Source: SAR324 cluster bacterium
GTDB taxonomy: Bacteria; SAR324; NAC60-12
DNA length: 64,000 bases
NCBI GenBank assembly: GCA_022448485.1
Contig: JAKUUI010000005.1
Coordinates: 5,979 to 69,978 of the forward strand
Reading direction: 5' to 3'
The translations under genes and the position numbers were made by a program. Shown here in pieces: positions 1 to 8,726 of this stretch; the stretch's first letter is position 1; each line of letters starts with the position of its first letter. The notes under the pieces are model-generated. The model had not been told where the DNA came from and did no database searches. It was given only the letters and a program-made list of their open reading frames with translations.

Positions 1-1929
1 CATCTTCTTTCGATGCTCGGAATAGCTCGCGAAATTTCAGCACTGACCGGACAGAAATTAGACAAAAGCGTGCTGCCCGATGTTTCAAAAATAGAAGTCT
101 TGGAGCAGCCGCCATTTGTCGAATTGGAAATAAAAGACCCAGATATTTGTCCACGTTATACTGCCTTGTTAATCCGGAATGTTAAAATCGGTCCCTCGCC
201 GTTTTGGATGCAGCAACGATTACAACGAATTGGAATGCGTCCCATAAACAACATTGTAGACATCACCAACTACGTTATGCTGGAACTGGGTCAACCGCTA
301 CACGCTTTTGATTACGATAAGCTGATTGAGAGGGCAAATGGGGAAACTCCAAAAATCATCGTGCGCCGTGCCAATAAAGGTGAAACACTACTGACCCTCG
401 ACGACGTTGAGAGAAAATTGGACACTGATATGCTGATGATCACCGACAAAGCAGGACTGATCGCAATTGGCGGAGTGATGGGCGGCGGTGGTTCAGAGGT
501 TTCTGATACAACAACTAATGTTTTGCTGGAATCCGCGAATTTTGAATTTCTTAACAACCGGCGTACCTCACAAGTCCTCAAACTACGGACTGAGGCAAGT
601 GAGCGGTTCGGCAAGCAGGTTGATCCGGAAGGCACTTTGCAGGCTGCATTGCGAGCTGCACAATTGATGGAAAAACATAGTTCCGGCACACTTGAAAAGA
701 TTGCGGGAGACCTCTATCCACAACCTAAAGAAACTATCACTCTTGAACTTGATCCGCATTATGTGGAGCGCCTGCTGGGAATAAAACTTTCTATTAAAAA
801 AATTACTGAAATATTGAATTCACTGGAATTTGAAGTTTCTGGAAAAAACATCTTAAAAATTAACGTCCCAAGCCACAGGAAGGATGTAAATATTCCTGCG
901 GATCTGGTTGAAGAAATTGTCAGAGTTTTTGGCTATGAAAATCTGCCAGCAACTCTGCTCGACGACGAACTTCCTCCACAACACAGCAACCGAAAACTGG
1001 AAGGAACTGAGCGCGTCCGGGATATTCTTGTTAATTCAGGTATGGACGAAATTATTACATATTCCATGATAGATCCAATGGATGAGGCTCGATTGAGTCT
1101 GGAAGATGATATTGATATAGAAAAATTTGTTCCATTGAAAAACCCACTCTCCCAAGAGAGAAGCCATCTGCGCCGTTCGCTTCTGTCAGGCGCCTTACAT
1201 ACAGCCCGCTCAAATTTGCGTTTTTTAGATAAAGTGGTCACATTTGAGGTTGGCAGTGTGTTCCATCCTCTTAAGGGGAGGAAACTTCCGGATGAACCTC
1301 TGAGGCTGTCTTTGTTGGTAAGCGGGCTCCGGAGCCCTCAATCCTGGATGGAACAAACTGAAGGATACTATGACTTTTTCGACCTTAAAGGTATTTTGGA
1401 ACATTTTTTCTCAGCCTTACACTTTAAAGGTCTTGAATTCAGGAAATCCAGAAAATTGCCGTGCCATCCTGGGCGTTGTGCTCAGATTTTGGTGAATGGG
1501 AATGAATTGGGATTTGCAGGAGAATTACATCCAAAAATCCGTGAAACTTTTGAGTTGCCGGAAAAACCTGTATGCATTGCAGAACTGGATTTGGATTTGA
1601 TCATCAAGCTGGGAGTTGAAAATCACCAGATGGAATTTATTTCAAACTTCACTCCTATTTTTGAGGATTTGGCTTTTGTGATGGATGCAAGTTTCCCAGT
1701 CGAGGCTGTTACTCCAGTCATTCTTCAAACCGGGAAACCTTTACTGCGCAAGGCAACTCTCTTTGATGTGTATGATGGTGAACAGGTGGATGTGGGAAAG
1801 CGCAGCTTGGCTTATTCGCTCACTTTTCAGGCAACCGACAGAACACTTACCGATAACGAGGTAGGAAAAATCAGGAACAAAATTGTCAAACGCCTGCAGC
1901 ACGAGTTTCAGGCAACCTTAAGAACTTGA
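1..1929 (+). CDS. pheT: Phenylalanine-tRNA ligase beta subunit (5' end lies upstream of the window)
   Basis: Frame open from base 1 (HLLSMLGIAREIS). B3/4 motif RPINNIVDITNYVMLELGQPLHAFD, B5 motif DLVEEIVRVFGY, C-terminal ferredoxin-fold anticodon domain FDVYDG...KRSLAYSLTFQ..DRTLTD. Confidence 0.97.
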   Translation, partial: HLLSMLGIAREISALTGQKLDKSVLPDVSKIEVLEQPPFVELEIKDPDICPRYTALLIRNVKIGPSPFWMQQRLQRIGMRPINNIVDITNYVMLELGQPLHAFDYDKLIERANGETPKIIVRRANKGETLLTLDDVERKLDTDMLMITDKAGLIAIGGVMGGGGSEVSDTTTNVLLESANFEFLNNRRTSQVLKLRTEASERFGKQVDPEGTLQAALRAAQLMEKHSSGTLEKIAGDLYPQPKETITLELDPHYVERLLGIKLSIKKITEILNSLEFEVSGKNILKINVPSHRKDVNIPADLVEEIVRVFGYENLPATLLDDELPPQHSNRKLEGTERVRDILVNSGMDEIITYSMIDPMDEARLSLEDDIDIEKFVPLKNPLSQERSHLRRSLLSGALHTARSNLRFLDKVVTFEVGSVFHPLKGRKLPDEPLRLSLLVSGLRSPQSWMEQTEGYYDFFDLKGILEHFFSALHFKGLEFRKSRKLPCHPGRCAQILVNGNELGFAGELHPKIRETFELPEKPVCIAELDLDLIIKLGVENHQMEFISNFTPIFEDLAFVMDASFPVEAVTPVILQTGKPLLRKATLFDVYDGEQVDVGKRSLAYSLTFQATDRTLTDNEVGKIRNKIVKRLQHEFQATLRT

Positions 1930-1937
1930 GGTTTAAT

Positions 1938-2305
1938 GTGGCGAAAGCCTTACTTAATTTGTGGAAAATCTTTGTTTATAGTTTGCATGGATTGAGGGAC
2001 ACAGTGCATCATGAAATGGCTTTCCGCATCGAATTAGCTGTTGCAGTCATTCTGATACCTGCTGCTTTAATATTACCTGTTTCGCCGATCGTCCAGATTT
2101 TGCTGATCAGTGCCGTTTTCCTGATATTAATTGTTGAATTAGTTAATACTGGGATTGAAGCTGTTGTGAATTGAATTTCAACAGAGCAACATACTCTTTC
2201 TGGTCGGGCAAAAGACGCAGGAAGTGCAGCAGTTTTTATATCATTTGTCAACATGGTCTTCGATGGGTCATAGTTTTGTTTGACATAATTTTGAATTATT
2301 CATAG
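1938..2305 (+). pseudogene. dgkA: Diacylglycerol kinase pseudogene
   Basis: DgkA motifs HEMAFRIE and VELVNTGIEAVV. In-frame TGA at 2172-2174 where Arg is expected. The frame continues ISTEQHTLSGRAKDAGSAAVF. A 1-nt loss near 2262 shifts the last helix (WVIVLFDIILNYS*, stop ends 2305). Confidence 0.85.
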
Positions 2306-2309
2306 ATTT

Positions 2310-2555
2310 GTGCAAATTACTTTGATTTTTTATGCCGCTCTCGAGGAAGCAATATCCGGGGAACCGATGTTGCTTGAGGTTGCTGAAGGCAGTACAGCAG
2401 AGCAGGTAATAGAGCAGCTTTCACAAAGATTTCCTCAAGCTGCTCCAATATTAAAAGCAACGCGACTGGCACATGAAGATGAGTACGTTGGGAAACAGAC
2501 TGTACTCAATGGGGGTGCAGAATATTGTTTGATTCCTCCCGTAAGTGGAGGATAA
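2310..2555 (+). CDS. moaD: MoaD/ThiS family sulfur carrier protein
   Basis: 81 aa, ubiquitin-like size, N-terminal FYAALEE, C-terminal IPPVSGG diglycine. Confidence 0.88.
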   Translation: MQITLIFYAALEEAISGEPMLLEVAEGSTAEQVIEQLSQRFPQAAPILKATRLAHEDEYVGKQTVLNGGAEYCLIPPVSGG

Positions 2556-2572
2556 TTTTACAGTAATCAGAA

Positions 2573-2730
2573 ATGTCACTTTCGTAAAAAGTATTCATGT
2601 CTGCAGAGGCGAGAACCCAGAAACATGTGAGTAACTGAAAAAATAAATTCCTTCTGTCATATCAGGCCAAGGACAAGCTTTGCGGGAATGACAAACATGT
2701 CTGGTATTTTGACTTTTTACAAGACAATCA
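2573..2730. repeat. Degenerate nested-palindrome intergenic element (MITE/REP-like), copy 1
   Basis: Outer inverted repeat tcgtaaaaagt...actttttacaa and inner gcgggaatgac arm. Shares agtaact and aatgacaaaca blocks with 34254-34388. Confidence 0.65.
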
Positions 2731-2762
2731 GTAATCATTGACCGGTGTTTGTGAAAACTAGA

Positions 2763-5000
2763 ATGTCCAAGATAGCTAAATCTAAAATTGCAGCAGGTAT
2801 TTACTGGCTGGAAGTTCCAGAGGCTGAATTATTCGTGCTCTGCGGATGTCCCGCGGACAGTGTCAAGCATTTGATGAAAGCCGGTAAGATCTCCAACATA
2901 GAAGAAGAAATCGATTTTTCAAAATCCGGATCTGATCAAACTCAACATACACATGGCACAGTAACAAATGAAACTGGGCCAAATGCCATTCTTCTTTCCG
3001 ATTTGAGTGTACAAAATGGAGACATTGCTAATTTAGCAGAGTTCCCAGTACTACAGATGCTCTACCGTCAGGGCATGCTTTTGCCTAATCACCCCAACAA
3101 TACCGGAGCCAAACCACTCCTCATAGGTCACAAAAACATGGTTAGCGCCCAAATGAATTACATTCACCGGGGCAACTATGGTTTGACAAGCCTGGAGGAA
3201 ATCCTTGAGGCGGGGATTACTCGAGTGCAAGCAGAAGAAATGATGCGCATTAAACTCTTCTTTGCCTTTGGTGAAATTCATCCCAGTAGTGATCTGCTTG
3301 AAGCCAGAATCGTCGACCAAAAACCTGTCGAAATCCTAAACGGAGTCTGGGTAGTCAGGAAAAACATTAACTGCTATGAGTTCCTTTATCAGGATGAACG
3401 TGTAGAAGTAGACTTGAACCTAGGAAAAAACGAAAGCTATGAGACTCCTTATAAACTGGAAAACCACCACTTCAAAAGAGAATATTTTTCCATCGTACAT
3501 ACTGGTGAGGGGGATGGCTGGGATATCAATCGGCCATGCATGGCCAGCGTTCTGAGTTTTCAAGGGAAAATTTTTTTAATCGATGTTGGTCCCAACATTG
3601 CGTACACCTTGAATGCAATAGGTGTCGATACCAATGAGGTGGAGGGTATTTTTCATACTCATGCACACGACGATCATTTTGCTGGACTGGCTTCTCTCAT
3701 CAGAACAAATCACCGGATCAAGTATTACTCCACACCACTGGTTCGAGCATCTGTATCTAAAAAACTGTGCTCACTTTTATCAATCAAGGAAAATACCTTT
3801 AAAGATTATTTTGAAGTTTGCGATTTGGAGTTTGATAAATGGAACAACATTAACGGACTGGAAGTTCAGCCTGTATTTTCTCCACATCCTGTTGAAACAA
3901 ATATTCTGTTTTTCAGAACTCTGTGGGAAAACGGTTATTCAACATACGCCCATTTAGCAGACGTGGCATCTCATGATGTTTTGAAAAAGATGGTTGAAGA
4001 AGATAAGAAAATGCCTGGCATCAGCAAAAAGCTAATGAAAAAAGTATGGGGAGATTATCTCAGCCCTGTGCAGGTAAAGAAAATCGATATTGGCGGCGGA
4101 ATTATTCACGGTAAGGCTAAAGATTTTAAGGCTGATAAATCTGAAAAAATTATATTGGCTCACACCGCACACAAATTGACACAAGATGAAAAAATAATTG
4201 GTTGCGGTGTCACTTTTGGAAGTACGGATATGCTGATTGAAGGACATGAGGATTATGCCTTGGAGTTCGGAGGAGATTATTTGCGCGGATATTATCCAAA
4301 AGTAGAAGATAGTGAAATTCACTTGCTGTTGAATTGTGAACGTGAGTCTGTCAGTGTTGGAACTATTTTGCTCAGAGATCAGGAAATTCCCGAATATGTC
4401 TGTTTGGTACTTACGGGCGTAGCAGAGTTGCTTTCTACGAAAGAAAAAACTAGTTATCAGTTATCCAGTGGATCACTAATTGGCGATCTCGCGGTTCTTT
4501 TTGGATTAAAAAGCAAGGGAACATATCGCGCATTGAGTTATATTGAAACTCTCAAAATTCCAGCTGTTTTGTTCAAAGAATTTGTAAATCGCAACCAGCT
4601 TATGAAACAGCTTCAAAAAACCCAGGAGACAATTGAATTCTTAGAGCAAACCTGGTTATTCGGCGAATCAATTTCATCTCCCATTCAAAGCCGGATTGCT
4701 CAGAGCATAACGGCCAAAAAATACAAGAAAGGTGAAAAAATAGAGTGCACCGGACTAATGCTGGTGAAAAAAGGGAAAGTGGAACTAACAAGCCGGAAAA
4801 GTGGAAAACAGGAGAGACAGCTTATGGTGAAAGAAGGGGATTTTTGGGGTGGTGAAAAAATGATCTCAAATGAAAATATAAGCGTGAATGCAAGAGCCAA
4901 TACTTCAACAACAATCTATAACATCACTGATATTGAAATCCTTCAGCAGATTCCGATTGTTCGCTGGAAAATGCTTGAACAAACTGAAAAACGAGAATAA
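2763..5000 (+). CDS. MBL-fold metallo-hydrolase with two C-terminal cyclic-nucleotide-binding domains
   Basis: Metal motif FHTHAHDDH, later SPHPVET, AHLAD and LAHT. cNMP-like beta-barrel motifs LVLTGVAEL..SGSLIGDLA..YRALS and LVKKGKVEL..EGDFWG. Alternative GTG start at 2745. Confidence 0.8.
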   Translation: MSKIAKSKIAAGIYWLEVPEAELFVLCGCPADSVKHLMKAGKISNIEEEIDFSKSGSDQTQHTHGTVTNETGPNAILLSDLSVQNGDIANLAEFPVLQMLYRQGMLLPNHPNNTGAKPLLIGHKNMVSAQMNYIHRGNYGLTSLEEILEAGITRVQAEEMMRIKLFFAFGEIHPSSDLLEARIVDQKPVEILNGVWVVRKNINCYEFLYQDERVEVDLNLGKNESYETPYKLENHHFKREYFSIVHTGEGDGWDINRPCMASVLSFQGKIFLIDVGPNIAYTLNAIGVDTNEVEGIFHTHAHDDHFAGLASLIRTNHRIKYYSTPLVRASVSKKLCSLLSIKENTFKDYFEVCDLEFDKWNNINGLEVQPVFSPHPVETNILFFRTLWENGYSTYAHLADVASHDVLKKMVEEDKKMPGISKKLMKKVWGDYLSPVQVKKIDIGGGIIHGKAKDFKADKSEKIILAHTAHKLTQDEKIIGCGVTFGSTDMLIEGHEDYALEFGGDYLRGYYPKVEDSEIHLLLNCERESVSVGTILLRDQEIPEYVCLVLTGVAELLSTKEKTSYQLSSGSLIGDLAVLFGLKSKGTYRALSYIETLKIPAVLFKEFVNRNQLMKQLQKTQETIEFLEQTWLFGESISSPIQSRIAQSITAKKYKKGEKIECTGLMLVKKGKVELTSRKSGKQERQLMVKEGDFWGGEKMISNENISVNARANTSTTIYNITDIEILQQIPIVRWKMLEQTEKRE

Positions 5001-5021
5001 CTAACCACTAGCAGAGGTCTT

Positions 5022-5801
5022 CTACAAACTTACAATTGAATCTGAGCACTTACAACCCTGCTGGTCCAGCGGATTACTAAAGACATCCATAAATAACCGA
5101 CTTACTTTTTCCTTATTCCGGGCGACCATTTCATCGATTTTATCCAGCTGAATTGATCCACTTTCCATTCCTGTTGCCATATTAACCACAAAACCTACGG
5201 ACGCATAACACAACCCAAGTTCTTTCGCCAAAACCACTTCCGGAACATTCGTCATTCCGACCACGTCTGCACCCCATTGCTTCATCATCTTGATTTCAGC
5301 TTCAGTTTCTAAACGCGGTCCTTCAGTACAAATATAAACAGCTCCTCCCTTAAACCGGACATCTTGCAGCTTTGCTGTTTCAAGCAGTTGTTTCCGTAGA
5401 TTGCTGCAATATGGATCATCCATATTGACGTGCCTTACTCCTTCTGAGCCACCCTCAAAAAAAGTCTGTGGACGTTGTCTGGTCATGTCCAGAAAATCAG
5501 ATAGCAGCACCAACGCGCCTGTTTGATAATCCGGATTCAAAGAGCCAACTGCTGCTGTTGAAAAAATCTGTTTAACTCCAAGTTCCTGCAGAGCTTTCAA
5601 ATTTGCACGGTAATTTATGCGGTGCGGCGGGGTTCCATGTTCCTTCCCATGTCGAGCAAGGAAAACAATAGAATTTCCTTCAATTTCTGTAATATCAACT
5701 TCAATCTCTCCGTATTCCGTTTTTACAGTTTCCTGAAATGAAGTGACACCACTGTCATAAACTCCAGTTCCACCTATGATTGCATATTGGATTGGCTTCA
5801 T
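5022..5801 (-). CDS. mtnP: MTAP-family purine nucleoside phosphorylase, probably S-methyl-5'-thioinosine phosphorylase
   Basis: IIGGTG, LARHG..H..PPH.INYRAN, EGPRLET.AE, GMT..PE..LAKE. VVNMA (Asn) instead of VTDYD points to 6-oxopurine (MTI) specificity. Confidence 0.88.
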   Translation of the reverse strand: MKPIQYAIIGGTGVYDSGVTSFQETVKTEYGEIEVDITEIEGNSIVFLARHGKEHGTPPHRINYRANLKALQELGVKQIFSTAAVGSLNPDYQTGALVLLSDFLDMTRQRPQTFFEGGSEGVRHVNMDDPYCSNLRKQLLETAKLQDVRFKGGAVYICTEGPRLETEAEIKMMKQWGADVVGMTNVPEVVLAKELGLCYASVGFVVNMATGMESGSIQLDKIDEMVARNKEKVSRLFMDVFSNPLDQQGCKCSDSIVSL

Positions 5802-5854
5802 GAAATTTTGATAGACGGCGGGACTTTATAGCAAAAACACTGTTATTAGATATG

Positions 5855-6013
5855 CTATCCTAGAAATTCTGATTCAAGCATTTCAATCCGCTCTAACATA
5901 TTTCCAGTTAGCCAAATATCTTTTCCCAGGATTGGTTCGCCGACAATTCGCTCGTAGCGACTCACCAGAAATCTAGCCATTGCTTCATTACTTTGTTCGC
6001 TTGTAATACTCAT
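5855..6013 (-). CDS. Small protein (52 aa), paralog of 6111-6284 with a 5-aa internal deletion
   Basis: MSITSEQSNEAMARFLVSRYERIVGEPILGKDIWLT... aligns end to end with the neighbouring ORF. AGGA lies upstream of the ATG at 6013. Confidence 0.65.
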   Translation of the reverse strand: MSITSEQSNEAMARFLVSRYERIVGEPILGKDIWLTGNMLERIEMLESEFLG

Positions 6014-6110
6014 TTTTTGTCCTAGATGCTTTTTATAGTGCAAAAAATATTATAAATTTTGATGAGTGTGGTAGCTGTTCAAATAAAAAAATATTCTGCA
6101 AATAGAACTA

Positions 6111-6284
6111 CTATCCCAGAAAATCCGAATCACGTGTTTCAATCAGCTCCAACGTATCCTCAGTCAGCCAGATATCACTTCCCAAAATCGGTTCGCCAAC
6201 AACTCTTTCATAGCGGCGGATTGAACCTCCACGATCCAAAAACCTAGTCATTGCTGCATTAATTTGATCACGTGTAATACTCAT
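6111..6284 (-). CDS. Small protein (57 aa) with a SutA-like AM..FL.RGG motif
   Basis: AGGAG RBS before the ATG at 6284. RDQINAAMTRFLDRGGSIRRYE resembles the RNAP-binding helix of Pseudomonas SutA. Duplicated next door. Confidence 0.75.
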   Translation of the reverse strand: MSITRDQINAAMTRFLDRGGSIRRYERVVGEPILGSDIWLTEDTLELIETRDSDFLG

Positions 6285-6367
6285 ATGACTATCTCCTAAG
6301 TAATTGAAATATATAATCTTCACTACCATTAATGAAACAGATTTTAATGGCCAGTATCTATAAATTC

Positions 6368-6384
6368 TGCAATATGCAGGCCAG
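6368..6384 (-). promoter_or_regulatory. Putative sigma-54 (-24/-12) promoter of the small SutA-like gene
   Basis: Minus strand CTGGCCTGCATATTGCA: GG-N10-GC in TGGC...TTGCA context, about 85 nt upstream of the ATG. Confidence 0.65.
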
Positions 6385-6410
6385 AAGAAATTTTTATTAT
6401 TTTTTTCTAA

Positions 6411-7262
6411 TTAAATTAAAACCTCATAATGAGCCAATATCACACCGGCCGCTACCATTAAAGTAGATAATAGATGCCTTGCTGTAGTTTCCTCTTTAAG
6501 AACCCAGATACTCATCAGAGCGGCAATTACCACGCTACTTTCCCTGAGCGCTGACACCAGGGCGATCGGAGCGTACTGCATGGCCCAGACGACAATTCCA
6601 TATGCAGAAACTGACAAAATTCCGCCCGGCACAGCATATTTCCAGTTTTGATGTATTGAACGAATAATTGCACGTTTGCGCAGAAACACTGTTATTCCTA
6701 ACAATGGCCAACACTCTAATGCCATTAACCAAAGTACATATGAAGCAGCATTTCCAGAGGAACGAACACCTAATCCATCAGCAAGTGTATAAGCTGCAAT
6801 GAAACTTCCAGTGGCCAGTGCATAATAAATTGGTCGGAGCGAATGCCTCATAGACAATGTTTTCCTAAACATAAGGCTAAAAATACCTAGTGAAATCAAT
6901 CCAATAGCTAACATCATTTGGAAGGTAAGTTCTTCTCCAATCCAAAACACAGAAACAAATCCCAGTAATAGTGGAGAAGTGCCTCTTGCAATGGGATAAA
7001 CCTGGCCTAGGTCACCATGTACATAGGCTTTGACTAAAAATAACTGGTAGCCTAAATGCAGCACCACTGATGCCAAAAGATACGGCCAGCTTTCCACGTT
7101 GGGAAGTGGTAGTAATGGTACTGCTATCATTCCAATCGCTCCAGTGACAAGATGAATGGTTGCCATCGTCACCAGATGATCTCCGCTTTGCTTGACAAAA
7201 AGATTCCAACTTGCATGCATGAATGCAGAAAAAAGCACCATTGATAAAACAAAAAATGTCAT
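6411..7262 (-). CDS. EamA/DMT family transporter
   Basis: About 10 hydrophobic segments, motifs SAFMHASWN, AY..GDL.QVYPIARG and VSALRESSV. Confidence 0.92.
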   Translation of the reverse strand: MTFFVLSMVLFSAFMHASWNLFVKQSGDHLVTMATIHLVTGAIGMIAVPLLPLPNVESWPYLLASVVLHLGYQLFLVKAYVHGDLGQVYPIARGTSPLLLGFVSVFWIGEELTFQMMLAIGLISLGIFSLMFRKTLSMRHSLRPIYYALATGSFIAAYTLADGLGVRSSGNAASYVLWLMALECWPLLGITVFLRKRAIIRSIHQNWKYAVPGGILSVSAYGIVVWAMQYAPIALVSALRESSVVIAALMSIWVLKEETTARHLLSTLMVAAGVILAHYEVLI

Positions 7263-7405
7263 AAATATTTATAAGAATAATTAAGATTGTCTCTCGGCCT
7301 TTTGAGTAGGGTACAAGACAACGGCATGCCGATTGTATAACGTTTTGTTGATGTTTTTACAAGTTCTGCTTTTTCGCATTCCGGTAAGACTAAGATTGAA
7401 TATCA

Positions 7406-8260
7406 ATGAGAACATTTTTAGACAGATTACACGACCTTAAATTAAAAGAGGTAGCACAACGTCAAATTAAAATCTCTGAAAAAAACTTGCGTGACCAAGT
7501 TGAAACGCTTGGTTTGGCTTCGGCTTTCCGCTCTTGCCTGCTGAGAGCTCCGGGTGAACCAATATCACTGATTTCTGAAGTAAAATCGAGGGCTCCAGGA
7601 CGTAATAATGTCGATAGACTTGTTCCGGAAGATGTAGTGTCCGATTTTGAGGCTGGAGGTGCAAAAGCCATTTCAGTATTAACGGATGAAAAATGGTTTG
7701 GAGGTTCTCTCGAAACTCTCGAAAAAGCCCATAAGGTGACTGCTTTGCCTCTGCTGCATAAAGACTTCATTGTAACTTCCTACCAGCTACTGGAGGGACG
7801 TGTCCGCGGCGCAAGCGCAGCTTTAATTTTGGCGTATTATTTTCAAGAAACAGAATTACTTCAAATCATAGATGAAACAAGAAAATTTGGTTTGGAAGCG
7901 GTAGTGGAATGTTCATTGGAAAATGAATTGCCAAGAGTACTTGCCGTTAATCCGGACATTCTGATGATAAATAATCGGGCAATTGCCGCAATTCCGGAAG
8001 AACCTGCTGCTACATATGACCAAGGCAGTATTGATGTGATTTCAGCATGGTGGGAGCGCAACCCGGATTTAAGATCCTGGAAGAAACAGGCAGGAAAACT
8101 TTTGATCAGTGCCAGTTGTGTCAATTCGGCAGAAGATATTAAAAGTCTTTTGAAAATCCCCTGTGATGCAGCACTTATCGGGAATGCCGCAATGGCCGCT
8201 CCGGATCGTATTGAATTTTTACGATCTCTCAACAAGACTGCAAACGAATCTTCAACGTAA
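7406..8260 (+). CDS. trpC: Indole-3-glycerol phosphate synthase-like protein (divergent, orphan)
   Basis: ISEVK, GAKAISVLTDEKWFGGS, PLLHKDFI and INNR present. The usual SESG motif reads SASC. No other trp genes nearby. Confidence 0.8.
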   Translation: MRTFLDRLHDLKLKEVAQRQIKISEKNLRDQVETLGLASAFRSCLLRAPGEPISLISEVKSRAPGRNNVDRLVPEDVVSDFEAGGAKAISVLTDEKWFGGSLETLEKAHKVTALPLLHKDFIVTSYQLLEGRVRGASAALILAYYFQETELLQIIDETRKFGLEAVVECSLENELPRVLAVNPDILMINNRAIAAIPEEPAATYDQGSIDVISAWWERNPDLRSWKKQAGKLLISASCVNSAEDIKSLLKIPCDAALIGNAAMAAPDRIEFLRSLNKTANESST

Positions 8261-8274
8261 ATAAAATTAACTCA

Positions 8275-8709
8275 ATGAAAAAAACAACTGATGCAGAATT
8301 AAGTATTTTGGTGGTGGATGATGACGAAAATATCCGCATGGTACTCCATCAATCTTTGGAAAAAGAAGGTTATCATGTAAGCACTGCAAAAAACGCAGAG
8401 GAAGCGTTGAACACATTGCAACGCAGTTTCTTTCATGTTGTTATAACGGATATTATGATGGGTGAGATGAGCGGTGTGGAATTATTGCAACAGATCAAAG
8501 AAATGAATTCCCTGATGCAGATTTTTGTTATGACATCGCACAGCACATTACCGCACGTCATACAATGCATGCAGGGTGGGGCCTATGACTTTTTTGAAAA
8601 ACCACTCAAGATTGAAGATATCTTAATTTCACTTGGTGAGGCATCCCGCCGTGCAGCTCGCTGGAGCACACTTTACAGTCGCCTTTCCTTATCTTCAAAA
8701 GAAAAATAG
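8275..8709 (+). CDS. Stand-alone response regulator receiver protein (NtrC-type receiver)
   Basis: ILVVDDD, phospho-acceptor ITDIMM, MTSH, GAYDFFEKP. No output domain. Confidence 0.9.
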   Translation: MKKTTDAELSILVVDDDENIRMVLHQSLEKEGYHVSTAKNAEEALNTLQRSFFHVVITDIMMGEMSGVELLQQIKEMNSLMQIFVMTSHSTLPHVIQCMQGGAYDFFEKPLKIEDILISLGEASRRAARWSTLYSRLSLSSKEK

Positions 8710-8726
8710 AAAGTATATCAGGTAAT

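Noticed and set aside
7321-7338. Sigma-54-like CGGCATGCCGATTGT upstream of trpC
   Set aside because: The -12 dinucleotide is GT rather than GC, too weak to call.
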